Assembly: GCA_013265495.1 (NCBI GenBank)
Contig: MU057716.1
Location: forward strand, 1-64,000
Length of the DNA stretch: 64,000 bases
Reading direction: 5' to 3'
Source: Vicugna vicugna
Taxonomy: Eukaryota
The notes under the pieces are model-generated. The model did no database searches, was not told the DNA's origin, and saw only the letters and a program-made list of their open reading frames with translations. The first letter of the stretch is position 1. Every line of letters starts with the position of its first letter. A program made the position numbers and the translations under genes. Of the stretch, positions 1 to 12,660 are shown in pieces.

Positions 1-29
1 TTGTTTCTAACATAATTTTGTGTTGTTTT

Positions 30-480
30 TGTTCAGCATGGAAGTGCACTTCGCTGAAATACTCTCCTTCGCAGACCCCCCTGCAGCTAGGGTGGCCCTG
101 AGACCCAACGCTGAACTATGGATGCAAAAGGAAGTCCTCGGAGAAAGCATCCTTTCCCTAACAAAAAGGCAGGCTCAGAGGCAAGCAGCTTGAGCCTTTC
201 TTCTGGTATGAGATGTGCATACGGAGCTAGAGGTGGAAAAAGCCAATTTGCAATCATTAGGCAACAAACCCGAAGACCAAGCCCTGCTCAGGATGACAGA
301 GGGAGGACAGAAGACGCCGAGGCTCTGACGCGCGTGGGGACGCTTCCCCAGCCGTGGGCCGCCCCGCTCCGGGCTTCTTCCTTATTGGAAATCAATCAGT
401 AAAACCCCTCTTTGGTTAAGGGACTGTGGTCAGATTTTTCCAGTCTTCTGTCGCTTTTAATCAGACGCATGCCTCCCGAC
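30..480 (+). mobile_element. Old MLT1-type MaLR LTR
   Basis: CCCCCTGCAGCTAGGGTGGCC...AAACCCCTCTTTGGTTAAG...TTCTGTCGCTT pattern. Confidence 0.55.
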
Positions 481-2759
481 ACTTGCTTTCTTTTGATCCC
501 ACGGAATGTCGGCCAGACTGGACTATTATTTTCGCATCTTAATGGTCAAAGCTGAGGGTCGCACTTTCACACTTCTTGGCTTCTCATGTTTAGCTGGAAA
601 CACGTTCCAATATTTGACCCGCAAGGCTTAAGCCCCTTCGCCTTCCACATAATAATGACGAGATAAAATAATACTTAAGCGTGACTACGTCAGTTGTACA
701 CCTCGGCTTAAACCAAGGGAACATGAAGTAATGAAAAGGGCAAATCGCTTCATCTCAGAAGATCGAGGCGTGCGTCCTCTCACCACGACTCACTAGCTGT
801 GCGGCCAGGAGCCAGCCGCCTCACCCTGTCCGAGCTTCGGTTTCTTCACCTATGAACTAGAGACAGCAATCATGTCTACTCTCAGGGCTGCCGTTAGCAT
901 CCAGCGAAAAAGCACGCATACGAACAGTAATAACAAATTTTACTGGCCATGATAACCATCTGAGAGTCTTGTCTTCGTATGAATAGAAATGCATTTTTAC
1001 CTAATTTCTTTCCTGAATGCATTTTCTATCATTTTGGTGATAGCTTCTTAACCATTTCCAGATGAGAGATAAAGTAAAGGCGCCAGAAGCTGCATTTCTT
1101 GTGGATGCTCAGTTCTAACTGGACTCCTAAGAAGGAGTCATCCAGCCTGGGTCCGATGCACAGATAACACAGTGCCTCTGGGACGCACCGATCACAGCAG
1201 CCGGGACTGGCGAAGCACAGAAGAGCGGATACCCTCCCCCAGGTATGACGTGAACACCAAGCATTCAAAACCAACCAAAGCCAGAAAACTGGGCATTTTC
1301 GAGTGAGGACATTTTGAATATTCATTAAGGGGACTTCCTTCCACTTCGTATACTATGAGTTCCTCTCTTCTTCACTGCGCCTTAAATAGAGATTAGCCTC
1401 TAGGTTATATGAGTGTGTGCCTTATTTCTATTTTTTCAGAAAGCACAGAAAAGTAAAAAGTATTTGTAAAATTTGTCATCTCCCCTTTCCTCCTTTCGTT
1501 TTTCTACTTATTTATAATTGGCCATAAACATCCAAGGACTAAGAAGATTTGGGAAGAATTTGGTACATGCCTTGCAAACTTACAAAAGAAATACCTAAAG
1601 CCAAGGACTTAGGGACTCCTGAGGACACTGAAAATCAGTGCATGTGTCTAAGCGTCTTCCACAGTGACAACAGCTCTCCTCAAGTTGTCATTGTCATTTC
1701 CATAACGCTTAGATCCTGCGATTTCCAGCGCGTGTGCTGTGTGCGGTATGCTGCACCACGCTGATGAGAGCTGCAAACGCCTCCTTGTAGAGTTTCGGCT
1801 TCCGTCCCTCCTGTCAAGGTTGGTAAGTGTCACTGTCTTCATTTCTGCCCGCATTTCATGTGGATCTGGAACCGTACCGATTTCCATGAATACTCATTGC
1901 AACCTTGTTGATCATCAAGCCTGACAAGGTTAAACTTGAGAACGTGAACGTCAGCTGAAAGCAGACCGGGGATGAGCGCTCAGGGAAGGGACTGGATGTT
2001 CCCGAGCCAGCGAGAGAAAGGCGCTAGGGGCCCTCTCTGCATCCCTGATGCCTGAATCCAGCCCACTCGCCTCGTCCCCAGCTCTCTGCCTAGGACACCC
2101 AGCTCTCAGCCCAACCTCATGACATCTGTTGGTTCTCAACACTGAGCCATGGCGCCGTGTGAAGGAAAGCACGTCATACGGAGACGGACAGACAGGATAC
2201 TTACCAACTTGTGCAACCACCTACCTTTACCAAAATGCCATTTCCTCAGCTAGACAATGCAAAGATTAGCAACACATACAGCCATCTTTTCAAGTTTCTG
2301 GGCTAGAGGATGGAGGAGGTTAAATGGTATGACCCCTCCCCAAAGCAGCTTTTTATCAAGAGTTTTAAAAGTATCTGGATCATGTGACCAGGTGATTTCA
2401 CTTTGGGGAGTCTGTCCTGAAGGAGTAATTTGAGATGCATCTTCCCGAGTGTGTGTTCGCCCGTGTCCTTCTCCCCAAACCCCCCTTCACACACGGATCC
2501 TGCGGTTTTCTCCTGTCTTCCAGCCCCAACTCTCTTTTTTTTCCCTATTACCTAAGTCCACTTCTCTCCCTTGGGGGCAAGGTTTCCCATCTAAGGAGAA
2601 GACAAAATGCAGAGCTCTCTTTGGAGGTCAGGAAAAGGGTGGACACCTACCTCCTCGTGCAACCAAAAAAGAGAATAATCTTTTTTATTGGAGAGAATCT
2701 GATCACAAGATATTTAATGCTCTGAGCATAAAGACATCTTGCTTGCTTACCCCCTTCTT

Positions 2760-3530
2760 TCTTTCACGCAACAGATACTTATTAAACACCTACTAGGTGC
2801 CAGGTGCTGTTCTGCTTAGTGGGGGAGGTAGGCAATCAGCAAAAGACGGGAATGAGTAGATCAGATTACAATGCTGAGGGATCGCCCTGGCTGCAGTGCA
2901 TAAAGCAGACTGCAGGGGGCGAAGTGGAGCTCGGTTACAGGCTGGAGGAGCATGGTCTGGGAGGCAGGGGTGCTGGCGGACCAGGCTGGATGCAGGAGAA
3001 ATGCAGAAAGTGCCTGCGTTCAGAATATATTTTAAATGCAGCCCTGACAGGATGTGCCGATGCACTGGATGGGAGGGTGTGAAGGAAAAGCGATGACAAA
3101 TGCCAAAGTATTTTTCCTAAGCAGGAAATAGGGGTGTCATTTACCAAGACAGGGAACGCTGGAGAAGGAGCATGTCTGGGGAGAGACCGAGTTTTCCTTT
3201 GGCCATCGTAAGTTTAAGACGACTGTTTAATACCCAAGTGTGGTTGTCAAGTGGGCAGCTGGGAAAGTAAATCTGGAAGTCGAGGGAAAGGTCAGAGCTG
3301 GAAATAAAAACTTTAGCATCATCAGGGTATAGACGATATTTTTAAAGATACAACTGGACAGAATCACTTAAAGAGGAAAGGGGAGAAAGGGGAAAAGATC
3401 AGGAGCTGAGCCCTGCAGAATTCCAAAATTTAGAGATTCAAGAAAAAGGAAGAGCAAGAAAAGGAGGCTAAGCAGGAATAGGCAGTGAGAAGGAAAGAAC
3501 CTGAGGGACGAGGTGTCTGGAGGCCCAGGG
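2760..3530 (-). mobile_element. L2 relic
   Basis: CAACAGATACTTATTAAACACCTACTAGGTGCCAGG and purine-rich antisense L2 body. Confidence 0.7.
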
Positions 3531-6271
3531 AGTGAGCACCCTGCTGTTCCTCACTGGAGGGGAGTCTGTCTCAATGCGTGAAGCAGGGACTTCCCACTCT
3601 CACAGGCTCTCTCAGAGAGTCATCTAACTGATGATGATATGACATGAGTCTGACATGCACTGGCTCAAATTTCCCTACCAGACAGAGTCAATGTGTACAC
3701 GTCACTGCTTACCTGTGACCTGTCCCTCTGGGCTTGAAGCAGGCCACAGTCCTCCATGCAGCTGGCTGGATGAGTGTCTTCTCTGCCCAATAATTACCAT
3801 CTTCATCATCATCAGAGCTTAGTTTGACTCCACACTTATTAATCCTCATGATCACTCTAAGAGTTAAATATGATTACTATCCCCATTTAATAGATGGGAA
3901 GCCTGAGGCACAGAAAGGGAAAGTAACTTGCCCAGGATCACACAGCAAATGAGCTAGTAAGTAGCAAAACTGGGATTCTAACTGTGATGGTTGGCTCTGA
4001 TATTCCCCAGGTGGGCTCCGTGATCTGGAGATGGCAGGGGAGGGGACCTAGAAGACAAGTTTTTAGAAATTCATTTTGGTGTATGTTTCAAGCCACACTC
4101 CTGAGCTTTTAGGGTAATAAAGCTGTCTGGCTCTTCCAGGCTGACTCCTGTGTCTACTTCTCAACTGGTCCAGAGTTTGAGATGGAAAGGGTTGTAAATT
4201 ACTTGCTCCCTCAGAAAGCCCAGCACTAACTTTGCCCAGTTTTACTGGGGTAGGACAAAGGATTAAAAACCGGATAACCCCTTCTTTCCAATTTACTCCA
4301 CATTGCGGACACTTAGTGAGGGAGCATTCCCGCTTCCCTGGCCCAAGGACTAGCCTTTCTACCTCAACACCTGGACCATCACTATAGCAACCTCTCTGCC
4401 AGTTTTCATGGTCCCCCTGCAGCCTTACCCACCGCTCAGATTTCTCATACAATCCCAGGTTTCCTCCGGTAATGGCTGAGGCTGCAGGCAGGCAGGAGTC
4501 CCTTGCCGACGGCTTAGCCCAGGGTCACTGAGGGGCCAGACACCTGGTCGTACATCTTCCCTGCGGTTCAAGCTCTTCCCCGGGAGCACACGACAGCCCA
4601 CCTGGATCTCACACCTCCCTCTCCTACAACCTCATACTCGAAAGCCAAAGTTTTCAGCACTTACTGAGTACCCATTATGCATCTGGAACTCAGCACCGAG
4701 TTAGAAACAAACGTGGCTTCTCCGTGGCCGCCCTCACTTTGGAATTCACCCGGTCTGTGTGAAACACCTGTAGGCTATATAAATCTACATTTTCCTCTTC
4801 TGAGTCCCAGATGAGCTGAGGGCCACCAGGACCAGGCCTGAAAGGGTAGCTTGATGTTCAAGAATAGAAAGGTCCTGGCAATTCTCCAGCAGACGACGGC
4901 TTAGCTTAGGGACTCTACCTGAGCTCCTCGGGTAGCTCTCCATGGGGGCCACAGATCTTTTGATACCGTTTGCAGATTTTGGTGTGCATACGCGCCTGTG
5001 CGTTCGTCTCCGGAAAGGGTCTGTAACCTCCTTAGAATCTCCAGACCTCCATGAACCAGAAAAGGTTAGGAAACCCTTGCTTTAGAGCAATTTCTAATGA
5101 GCAGACTCCTCAGGTAGAATCTGGAAGCAGCTGCATCGCATTCTGAGTCCTGGGGCTCTGGTCACATCACTGGGCGACGTCAAGTCAACTGGGTGCCAAG
5201 GGCACTAAGGGAACCAAACCTACGGGTCTCCCCGCATCTGGCCTCCTGCACAGCGGCTGCTGAAGGCGTTTCCTTCAGGCCTGCCTTCTCTCCCTCCGAG
5301 CTCCTCTTCCTACCCTTCCATGTAGCGGAAGAAAGAGGCGAGCAAGACAGCCACACACTGAGAACGTAAAAATCTGTGATTAGAATCTCTCCAATCAAAA
5401 AGAAGTAAGTTTTCCTTTTGCTTTTTAACTTAGCAAATTAAAAATTCAAAACATTATTATCGCTTTGTTATAATTTGACCTGTAGCACACTATCAGCAAA
5501 GAGGCAATGAAACACTCTCAGTCTCAATTTGGAGAGTCTTTTTTCAAATATCCTGGAAAGCTCTGGGACCATATAAAAATTGATGATGTAATGATAAATT
5601 CATCATAGCTACAACTAGCCATTCTTTTGCTAAAATAAGGTGCTTATGTTCACGTCTTGATAAATTAAAAAAATAACTCCCCCATCTTTCTCAATTTCCA
5701 TCTGTAGTTTCTCCTCCTTCTCTGAATTTAAATACCCACCTTGCTATACTTCAGTTGCTTTCTTAAATTGTATTTTAAAAATTGGCAAATACACACGTCT
5801 TCAAAGGGGAGAAAGATAGGCTACAATTTGCCCAGAATTTCCCATGCGAAGGCACAGCCTGGGGTGTCCTTTTTACGCTTACAGAAGTGAAATATCAGCT
5901 TTTGAAGTGAAAGCTTCTAGAAGGGTAACTCGAAACTTACACACAACGGGGGAGACGCTGGAACCCACAGCCGGTACGAACTGCCTGTATCTCAGACCGT
6001 TCTCAACGCTACTTCCTAGCAGGACCTGTATCTCCCGTAGCAATCATTTTGCCAAACTTTCTTTTAAGGCTTTGGTTTTATAGAGTTGATTTAGAGTAAA
6101 CCTGCGACAGGATGACAGAGGACACGGTGTCCTTTCCCGCTGAGGGCTGACGTAAGGGAGCCCGGGATGTGGAGGCGGGGGCACGGGGGCTACACACTGG
6201 CAGCAAGGCTCCCCTGCTCCCCTGCCGGCCTCCCGGGCTCTGAAAGGGAAGGCACACAAGAACGCGGCAAA

Positions 6272-6381
6272 GAATGTGTGTGTGTTCGTGTACAACTGAA
6301 AAATGGTGCGCTACACTGGAAATTGACACATTGTAAACGGACTATAATGCAATTTAAAAAATGTTAAAAAGAAAAAAAAAA
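6272..6381 (+). mobile_element. Short L1 3' end with A tail
   Basis: Aligns to the 3' ends of the L1s at 34081-34165 and 36637-36722 (CTGAAAAAT.GTGC.CTACACTGGAA.TTGACAC). Confidence 0.85.
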
Positions 6382-6849
6382 GAAAGCACGACTAAGGACA
6401 GGACGGTGAGAGAGCTCAATTGCTCTACGTTTTGTTTTTTTGTTTTTTTTAATGAAAGGAATGCTGAGTTGCAGGAGCAAGGAGGGGACTGCAGACCAGA
6501 GAGGCAAAGAGAGTAGAGAAGAAGGGAGGGGGCACAGGCAGTCCGCACAAGGCCAGGCAGCTGCACTTTTCAAAACAGCAGCAACGAATATTCAACTTCA
6601 AGTCACCTGCTATAGGTATTTTGTTCAATGCAACTCCCATTTCTACCATGAAATCTTAATGAAATCCCCTGCTTTTCTGAGTGGTGTTGGAGGCAAATGA
6701 AGGAGGAGACTTGAAGTTCTGCAGTTTGACTGACTCGGGCATAGACAAGGGCACAGACACAGGAGTCAAGGTGAGAGTGAATGTGAACATCCTGAGAAGT
6801 GGGAACTAGACCAGGAAACGACTAAGGGGACCACGTCCTCCCCGGGAAT

Positions 6850-7330
6850 GCTCAGAGAGGTCAGGGGATGCTGCGTCACTGCGGCTTTGTCAGACACACA
6901 GAGCCACTGCGTGGGAATTACCAGAGGGATCACAGCGCAGACGAGCATGGGAGCTGCTGAGGAATCCTGTGGGAGCTGCTGCCTCCTTGTTGGCTGTGCG
7001 CCTGAAGTCTCTGTAGAGCCTCAGGACCAGAGGTTGGGAAGAAAAGCTGAGCATGAAAAGGGGAGAGCAAGGGCAAACTGGAGCCTCCTCTCCTGCCACC
7101 TCCAACCTCAGCCACACGGGTGACCCGCAGAAGGAGCTGGCGCTCTCACCATGGAGCCTGGGGTTCTGAGAAGCCAAGGAAGGTGACCCAGCAGACGCTG
7201 GGGGAGCCCTGGGCGTGGCTGCTGCCTGGCGCCAACAGGATGTGCCAGTGGGTCAGCGACAACACGCCTGAACTCTGAGAGTAACCGGTACCCCGTGCCA
7301 CGCTAGTCAATAAACAGTGACTCACCATGG
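6850..7330 (-). mobile_element. ERVL LTR (MLT2F-like), 3' LTR of the adjacent remnant
   Basis: GTTGGGAAGAAAAGCTG...GGGAGAGCAAGGGCAAACTGGA resembles the recalled MLT2F consensus. It abuts the ERVL integrase end and contains an APOA4-like segment. Confidence 0.6.
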
Positions 7331-7344
7331 GTGGTGGTGGAAGG

Positions 7345-8980
7345 AACCACCCCCTCCCACACAGGACCCGGGGGCCCTAGTGACACAGGAAACAGCATCA
7401 CATGCTGGTCACTGCCTGAGGGCATACGCCGCACCCTTGAGGGCTTTATCTCAGCCCTGCTAGGTGTTGCTACCCAGCTGCCATGAAAACTAAATCTGCA
7501 AAAGGCTGCTCCAGCATTCTGACAAGCCAGAGGCCTCGGGTGATGAGGAACACAGTGGGATCAGTGAATCCCATCCGCACAAGCCCACTGCTGCACTGCA
7601 ACGGCTGCTAAATGAGCTCCTTGGTCAGGAGCAGTGCTGTGGGACCACCTTGATGCGAATTGTATCATGTAAGTCCACAGATGGTGGTTTTGGCTAAAGC
7701 GCTGAGGGCAAGGAAGGCAAATCCATATCAAGAGTGTCACTTCCAGTAAGAACCGAGTACTGCTTCCTCCAAGATGGATGTGGTCCAGCGCGATCAACCT
7801 GCCACCAGGTGTGTGTCTCGTCCCCCTGGGGATGGTGCCATGTCGTGGGGCTCAGAGCTGATCTCTGCTGTTGGCCGGCTGGGCATCAGCAGCAGCTGTA
7901 AATAGATCAGTCTTAGTGAGTGGGAAGTCCACGTTGCTAAGTCCACGCAAAGCCTCCAACTGTGATGCCACGGCCACTTTGCTCACAAGCCCACTGGGCA
8001 GGGGTAGGATGACGAGGGAAAGGGCCTGGCTGATGTCCGCAGAGCAGGGTATCTTGTCCACCTGGTTGTTAAGATTTTCTCTACTGAGGTTGCTCGTTGC
8101 TGGACAGAACATCTCCACGCTCTGCGACCACTCAGACACACCCATTCATGCACCTCCTTGTCACCAGCTTTCCAGTTGCGCTTCTCAGGTGGATACATTC
8201 AGTCCCTAACACTGACCATCTAGTCAAACCATTAGCCCCTGCCTGTGAACCAGTGGAGGGCCATATCTCAGGCCATCTCTTCTTCCAGGAAAGATAAGTC
8301 ACTAGGTGCACTCACTCCTTGCAGTACTGTCCAGCAACAGGACTCTGCTGCACCCCCGGACATCAGAGCCCCTCAGAGATGGCAGTAGCATCGGCTCTCT
8401 GCGTTGGGATGTGCCAGCATGTATGCAGCTCCATCAGCCAGGCCTGAATTTTGTTCTTCCTCGGTCAACATCAGTCAGAGGGAACGCCCCCATGAGGCCG
8501 CACGTGCAGGCTGAGAAAGAGGAGGCAAGGCAGCCGGAGGAGGGGCCGCGGGCATCTGGGCCACTTGCTCGTGCAGCTTGCCCGCGCCTCCAGGACCTGC
8601 TCAAGCTGTCCTGCGTGCCCCGCCTTGTGGCTTAGTGGGCCAGCCAGCACTCGGTTCACAACAGGCAGCTCAGGTTCATTCGATGGCTGGTGGCCAAGTG
8701 CTGAGTCTCTCCTGAGACCCAGTAGCAAGCCGCAAGCTGTTTCTCAAAAGAATGGCCACCTACCAGGGATGGCGGAGCTTTGCTCCAAAATCCTAAAGAA
8801 TGTCCATGCTGTAATTTGCCTGTGGGGCTGCCAAAGGCCGCACACGCCTCAGTCTACAAGGACACTCCAAGCACCACCGGCTGCGCCAGCTCACGTGACC
8901 GAGCCCTGGGCACAGCAGCCTGCACCTGCCGCGACGCCTTCGCTCTTGCCAGCCGGTATTCTGGCCCATTTCTGCGACCA
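7345..8980 (-). mobile_element. ERVL (class III ERV) internal pol remnant: RT end, RNase H and integrase, heavily decayed
   Basis: Minus fragments LSEWS, LNNQVDK, PLTKTDL.TAAA, DQGAHL....VQQWA..GIH and HHPEA resemble HERVL/ERVL-E pol motifs. Many stops and frameshifts. Confidence 0.85.
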
Positions 8981-9321
8981 CTTGCATATACACGTGCTAA
9001 AACATCCCTGGTGTTTGTCCTCCGCTAATTTAGAACTTAAGGGAAAGGGGCTCTTCATGGTGCGCTCCTCCAATACTCTTAACACGGCGGGCGCGGGACC
9101 CTGGAGATTCTCACTTACACATACAAGGAAAGGGCGCCTCCCGGAGGCGAGAGCTCCAGGACACCCGGTGACTGCCGTGTAAGACCCAGGTCCTCAAACG
9201 GACGTAAGGGCCAAGCAGGGATGACCACAAAACCACTTCTCTGATGCTAGAACAGTTTGTTGCAAAGCAAAAACCTCAGGTAATCATCTCTTTGGGTTTT
9301 TTCACTGCACTAAGCATCCAG

Positions 9322-9525
9322 GTTTTTTTTTTAATTGAATAACAGTTGATGCACAATATTATATAAGTTACAGGTGTGCAATATTGTGGTTCACAATTTT
9401 CATTATTTTATAGTTATTATACAATATTGGCTCTATTCCTTGTGCTGTACAACATATCCTTGTAGTTTATTTGACACATAATAGTTGGTACCTCTTACTC
9501 CCCTACCCTTAAAATGCCCCTCCCT
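9322..9525 (-). mobile_element. L1 3' end fragment
   Basis: T tract followed by L1 3'UTR-like sequence. TSD CACTAAGCATCCAG 9308-9321 / CACTAGGCATCCAG 9526-9539. Confidence 0.8.
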
Positions 9526-11374
9526 CACTAGGCATCCAGTTTGACCGATGGACCCCTCAGTCATTTTGGTCCCACAGCCTGTAAATAAGAATCCTATTGT
9601 CCCATGAAAAGGAGGGGCCTTCCATGAGATGGAGAATCATTTTGACTCTGTGAACATTATAGTTTCAAACTCCTTGCTTCTTCTCATATTTACTTGGTAT
9701 TCTTCCAGGCCAATCGGAACAAAAATGCTAATTTAACCCAGTTTAAAAAACAAAGAGGACAGAGATTCCACTTGAAATGGGGTCATTTTTATCCTTGTCA
9801 TCTCTGCCTTGGACAGAGACATTTAGTATTTAAATATTACTCCCTGTGAGATCTGGACTCTCAGCATTGTGTGGCTATGACAGGATTCAAATTTCAGATT
9901 CCACTTTGTGCGAAAATAGCATTTCACAGTGTGTGCCCCAGGAGAATCATAATAAACCCAGGTCTCGGCATTTTTTAAATGGACTTTTTTTCCCGAGGTC
10001 TCTTAAGATATGGTTCATCCTTTCTCCCTGCAGACACTGGGAATTCAGCAATGATGCTTTTCACTTTCTCCTAAGTTTAGTCTGAATCCGTTACCAATGA
10101 CTCACTGTAAGCAGAATGAGTAACTGTAAGATGAAGGCTATTGTGTCTGCATCTAACACGTTAATTATAATACTTTATAATATGCTAACCTTGCCCTTTT
10201 ATTCTAACTTAAAATGTTACATTAACTGTCTCTAATTATAACTTGACTCTAAAACGTGTCTGTTGTTCTCCTTTGTCATTAGGATAATCCTGAAAACACC
10301 TGCTCCTAGAATCTACTAAATACTAGGGTTGCAGTGATTAATAGTAACAAATCCTGTGAAATCACTTTTTATCCTTAAGCGGTCTGAACACATTCCGTTA
10401 AAATATCTTAGCTTAAATGCTACATTGCTCCGGAATGTTTCCTTAGGTTGCACAAGTTCTGTCACTTGGCTTCCCATCATTCACACACGCAACACACGCC
10501 GTGGGCAGGACTTAGCCACACAGGGTGCGCGACGGACTGTGGTCTAGCAAACTTAGTGGGTGCATCTTTCATAAAAAAATGTATTAAATTATGGAAATAA
10601 TAGTTTTAGGATATTTCTTTAAAGATGGTTTTCTTGTTTGGGTCCTTCCAGACTTTTTTTCCTGGTCTCTACTGTAACAGTATTCAAATGACTTCCTGAA
10701 GAAGAACTGACTTCAAGCAAATACACACTGTAAATTCTGTATTTTGACACACGCTCGATTGAGCAGCTAATTTCTACTTTAACTAGATTTGCTCTTTCAC
10801 TGTCGGCTGTTTGTATGTCTAAGAAGGTAATTAACAACAAGGTAGAAATGCTTAGAAAAGCACCATTATGCCTCGATTTAGCTCTGTTTTCAAAGTTTGT
10901 CATGGTCGGTTTCTATGAATTGAGATATTCTGCCTTGGTTAAATCCACTAACAGATTAAGGAAATTTGAATTTTACACCAGAAAGCCAGAATTGGCAAGT
11001 ATTTTCAAGTCTCATATCATTATGTCATTGGCGTATGTGGCAACAAGTTTCCCCAAAACTGAAGATAAGGCTAAACTTGAAACTGGAAAAAACTTTCAAT
11101 AACTAAAATCAATCGTCAGAAAAGGTAACCCACCCTAAGCAGTAATCTGAAAGAAATGGCTGAGAAGTGTCCGTACACCCAAACTCCAGCCACGGCTTCA
11201 GAAGCCCAGGACTGCGTCTGTTTGCAGCACGGTGGGCTGCGTGGTGAGAGGGTGTGTTAGTGGAACAGGAAGCCTGATGCCGGGAAAAATGCAAAGGACT
11301 TAGTACCCAGACCGCTTGGCAGACGCATCCTTAGAGTACAGGTGGGTGCACCAGGACCTCATAATTCAAGGACG

Positions 11375-11930
11375 CCACTCATACAGCTCAACATCAAAAA
11401 AAACTAACAACCCAATTTAAACATGAGCAGAGGACCTGAACAGACATTTTTCCAAAGAAGATACACAGACGGCCAACAGGCACAGGAAAAGATGCTCAAC
11501 GTCACTCGTCCCCGGGAGATGCCAATCCAAACCTCAGTGAGATATCACCTCACGCCTGCCCAAATAGCCGTCTTCAAAAAGACAAGAAATAACAAGTGCT
11601 GATGAGGATATGGATTCAAAGAAACCCTCGTGCACTGTTGGTGGGAATGTAAATTGGTGCAGCCACTCTGGGAAACAGTATGGATGTTCCTCAAAAGATT
11701 AAAAGTAGAACTACCACGTGATCCAGCAATTACACTCCTAGGTGTACATTCACGGAGAACAGAAACACCAATTCAAAAGATACAGACACTCAATGGATGG
11801 ACCTGGAGGGCTTTATGCTTAGGGAAGAAGGTCACTGTATGACAAATACTGTATGCGTTCACTTAGATGTGGAATCTAAAAAATAAAACAAACAAACAAA
11901 TGTAACAAACAAACAGAATACGACACCAGA
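11375..11930 (+). mobile_element. Older L1 ORF2 C-terminus and 3'UTR fragment with internal deletion
   Basis: [46 protein letters not shown]. Confidence 0.9.
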
Positions 11931-12049
11931 CACCAGAGTCCCCCAGCCAGCCCCCGGCTCTGATGCTCTGGGACGTAATTTGGCTTCCCAGGTAAATTTC
12001 TGACGGAAGTTACTGTTGAACCATAGAGATAATATTCCAGTCCTCCTGA

Positions 12050-12660
12050 CATTCACTTATGCAGCAAACTCTAACTGAGCAGCTTCTATGTACCATGAAC
12101 TCCGCCAAGCGCTGGGCAATACGGTAGTGAACTTCAGACTGGAAGTCTGGCCCAAGAGAAGACATCAACCAAGTCAGCATACAAATAAATGAGTAATTAT
12201 ATATTTTATTAAGGGCTACGAAGTAAGAAAGAATAACTAGAAGGGCTGGCTTTGAATAGGCCTCTGTGTGGAGGAGATGTTTGAGTTGACATTTGAAACA
12301 TGCAGAAACTAAGCAAAGAGTTGAGAAAGAATGCCACTGGCAGGGGGACCTGGGGGCAGGAGGGGCTTGATAAAGGGGGGCGGGGGTCTTGAGATGAAGC
12401 TGGAGAAGGAGGCAGGGCTCAGACCAGGCAGGGCCAAACGCCTTCCAGCTTGGACTTTATGCTGACAGTGACCAGTCCCAGAAGGATTTAAAGATTGAGA
12501 GGGACATGACTCAACTGGTGTTCCTTAAAGATCACTCTGGCCGACCTGTGGAGAGAGGACAGAAGCGGGCAGAGTGGAGGTGGAGGAGCAAGTTGGGAGC
12601 TCCTGTGGGAGGGTCCAGGTGGGAGAGGAGGGTGGCGGGACCTGGGATGGAGAGAAATCA
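12050..12660 (-). mobile_element. L2 relic
   Basis: CATTCACTTATGCAGCAAAC...; AAAGATCACTCTGGC. Confidence 0.6.

Noticed and set aside
8565..9182. 205 aa plus-strand ORF
   Set aside because: Antisense to decayed ERVL pol in a GC-rich patch.
10095..10110. CAATGA(C/G)TCACTGTAA shared with 58275-58290 (AP-1 site in the same context)
   Set aside because: A single 16 bp near-match with no extended homology is plausible by chance in 64 kb.
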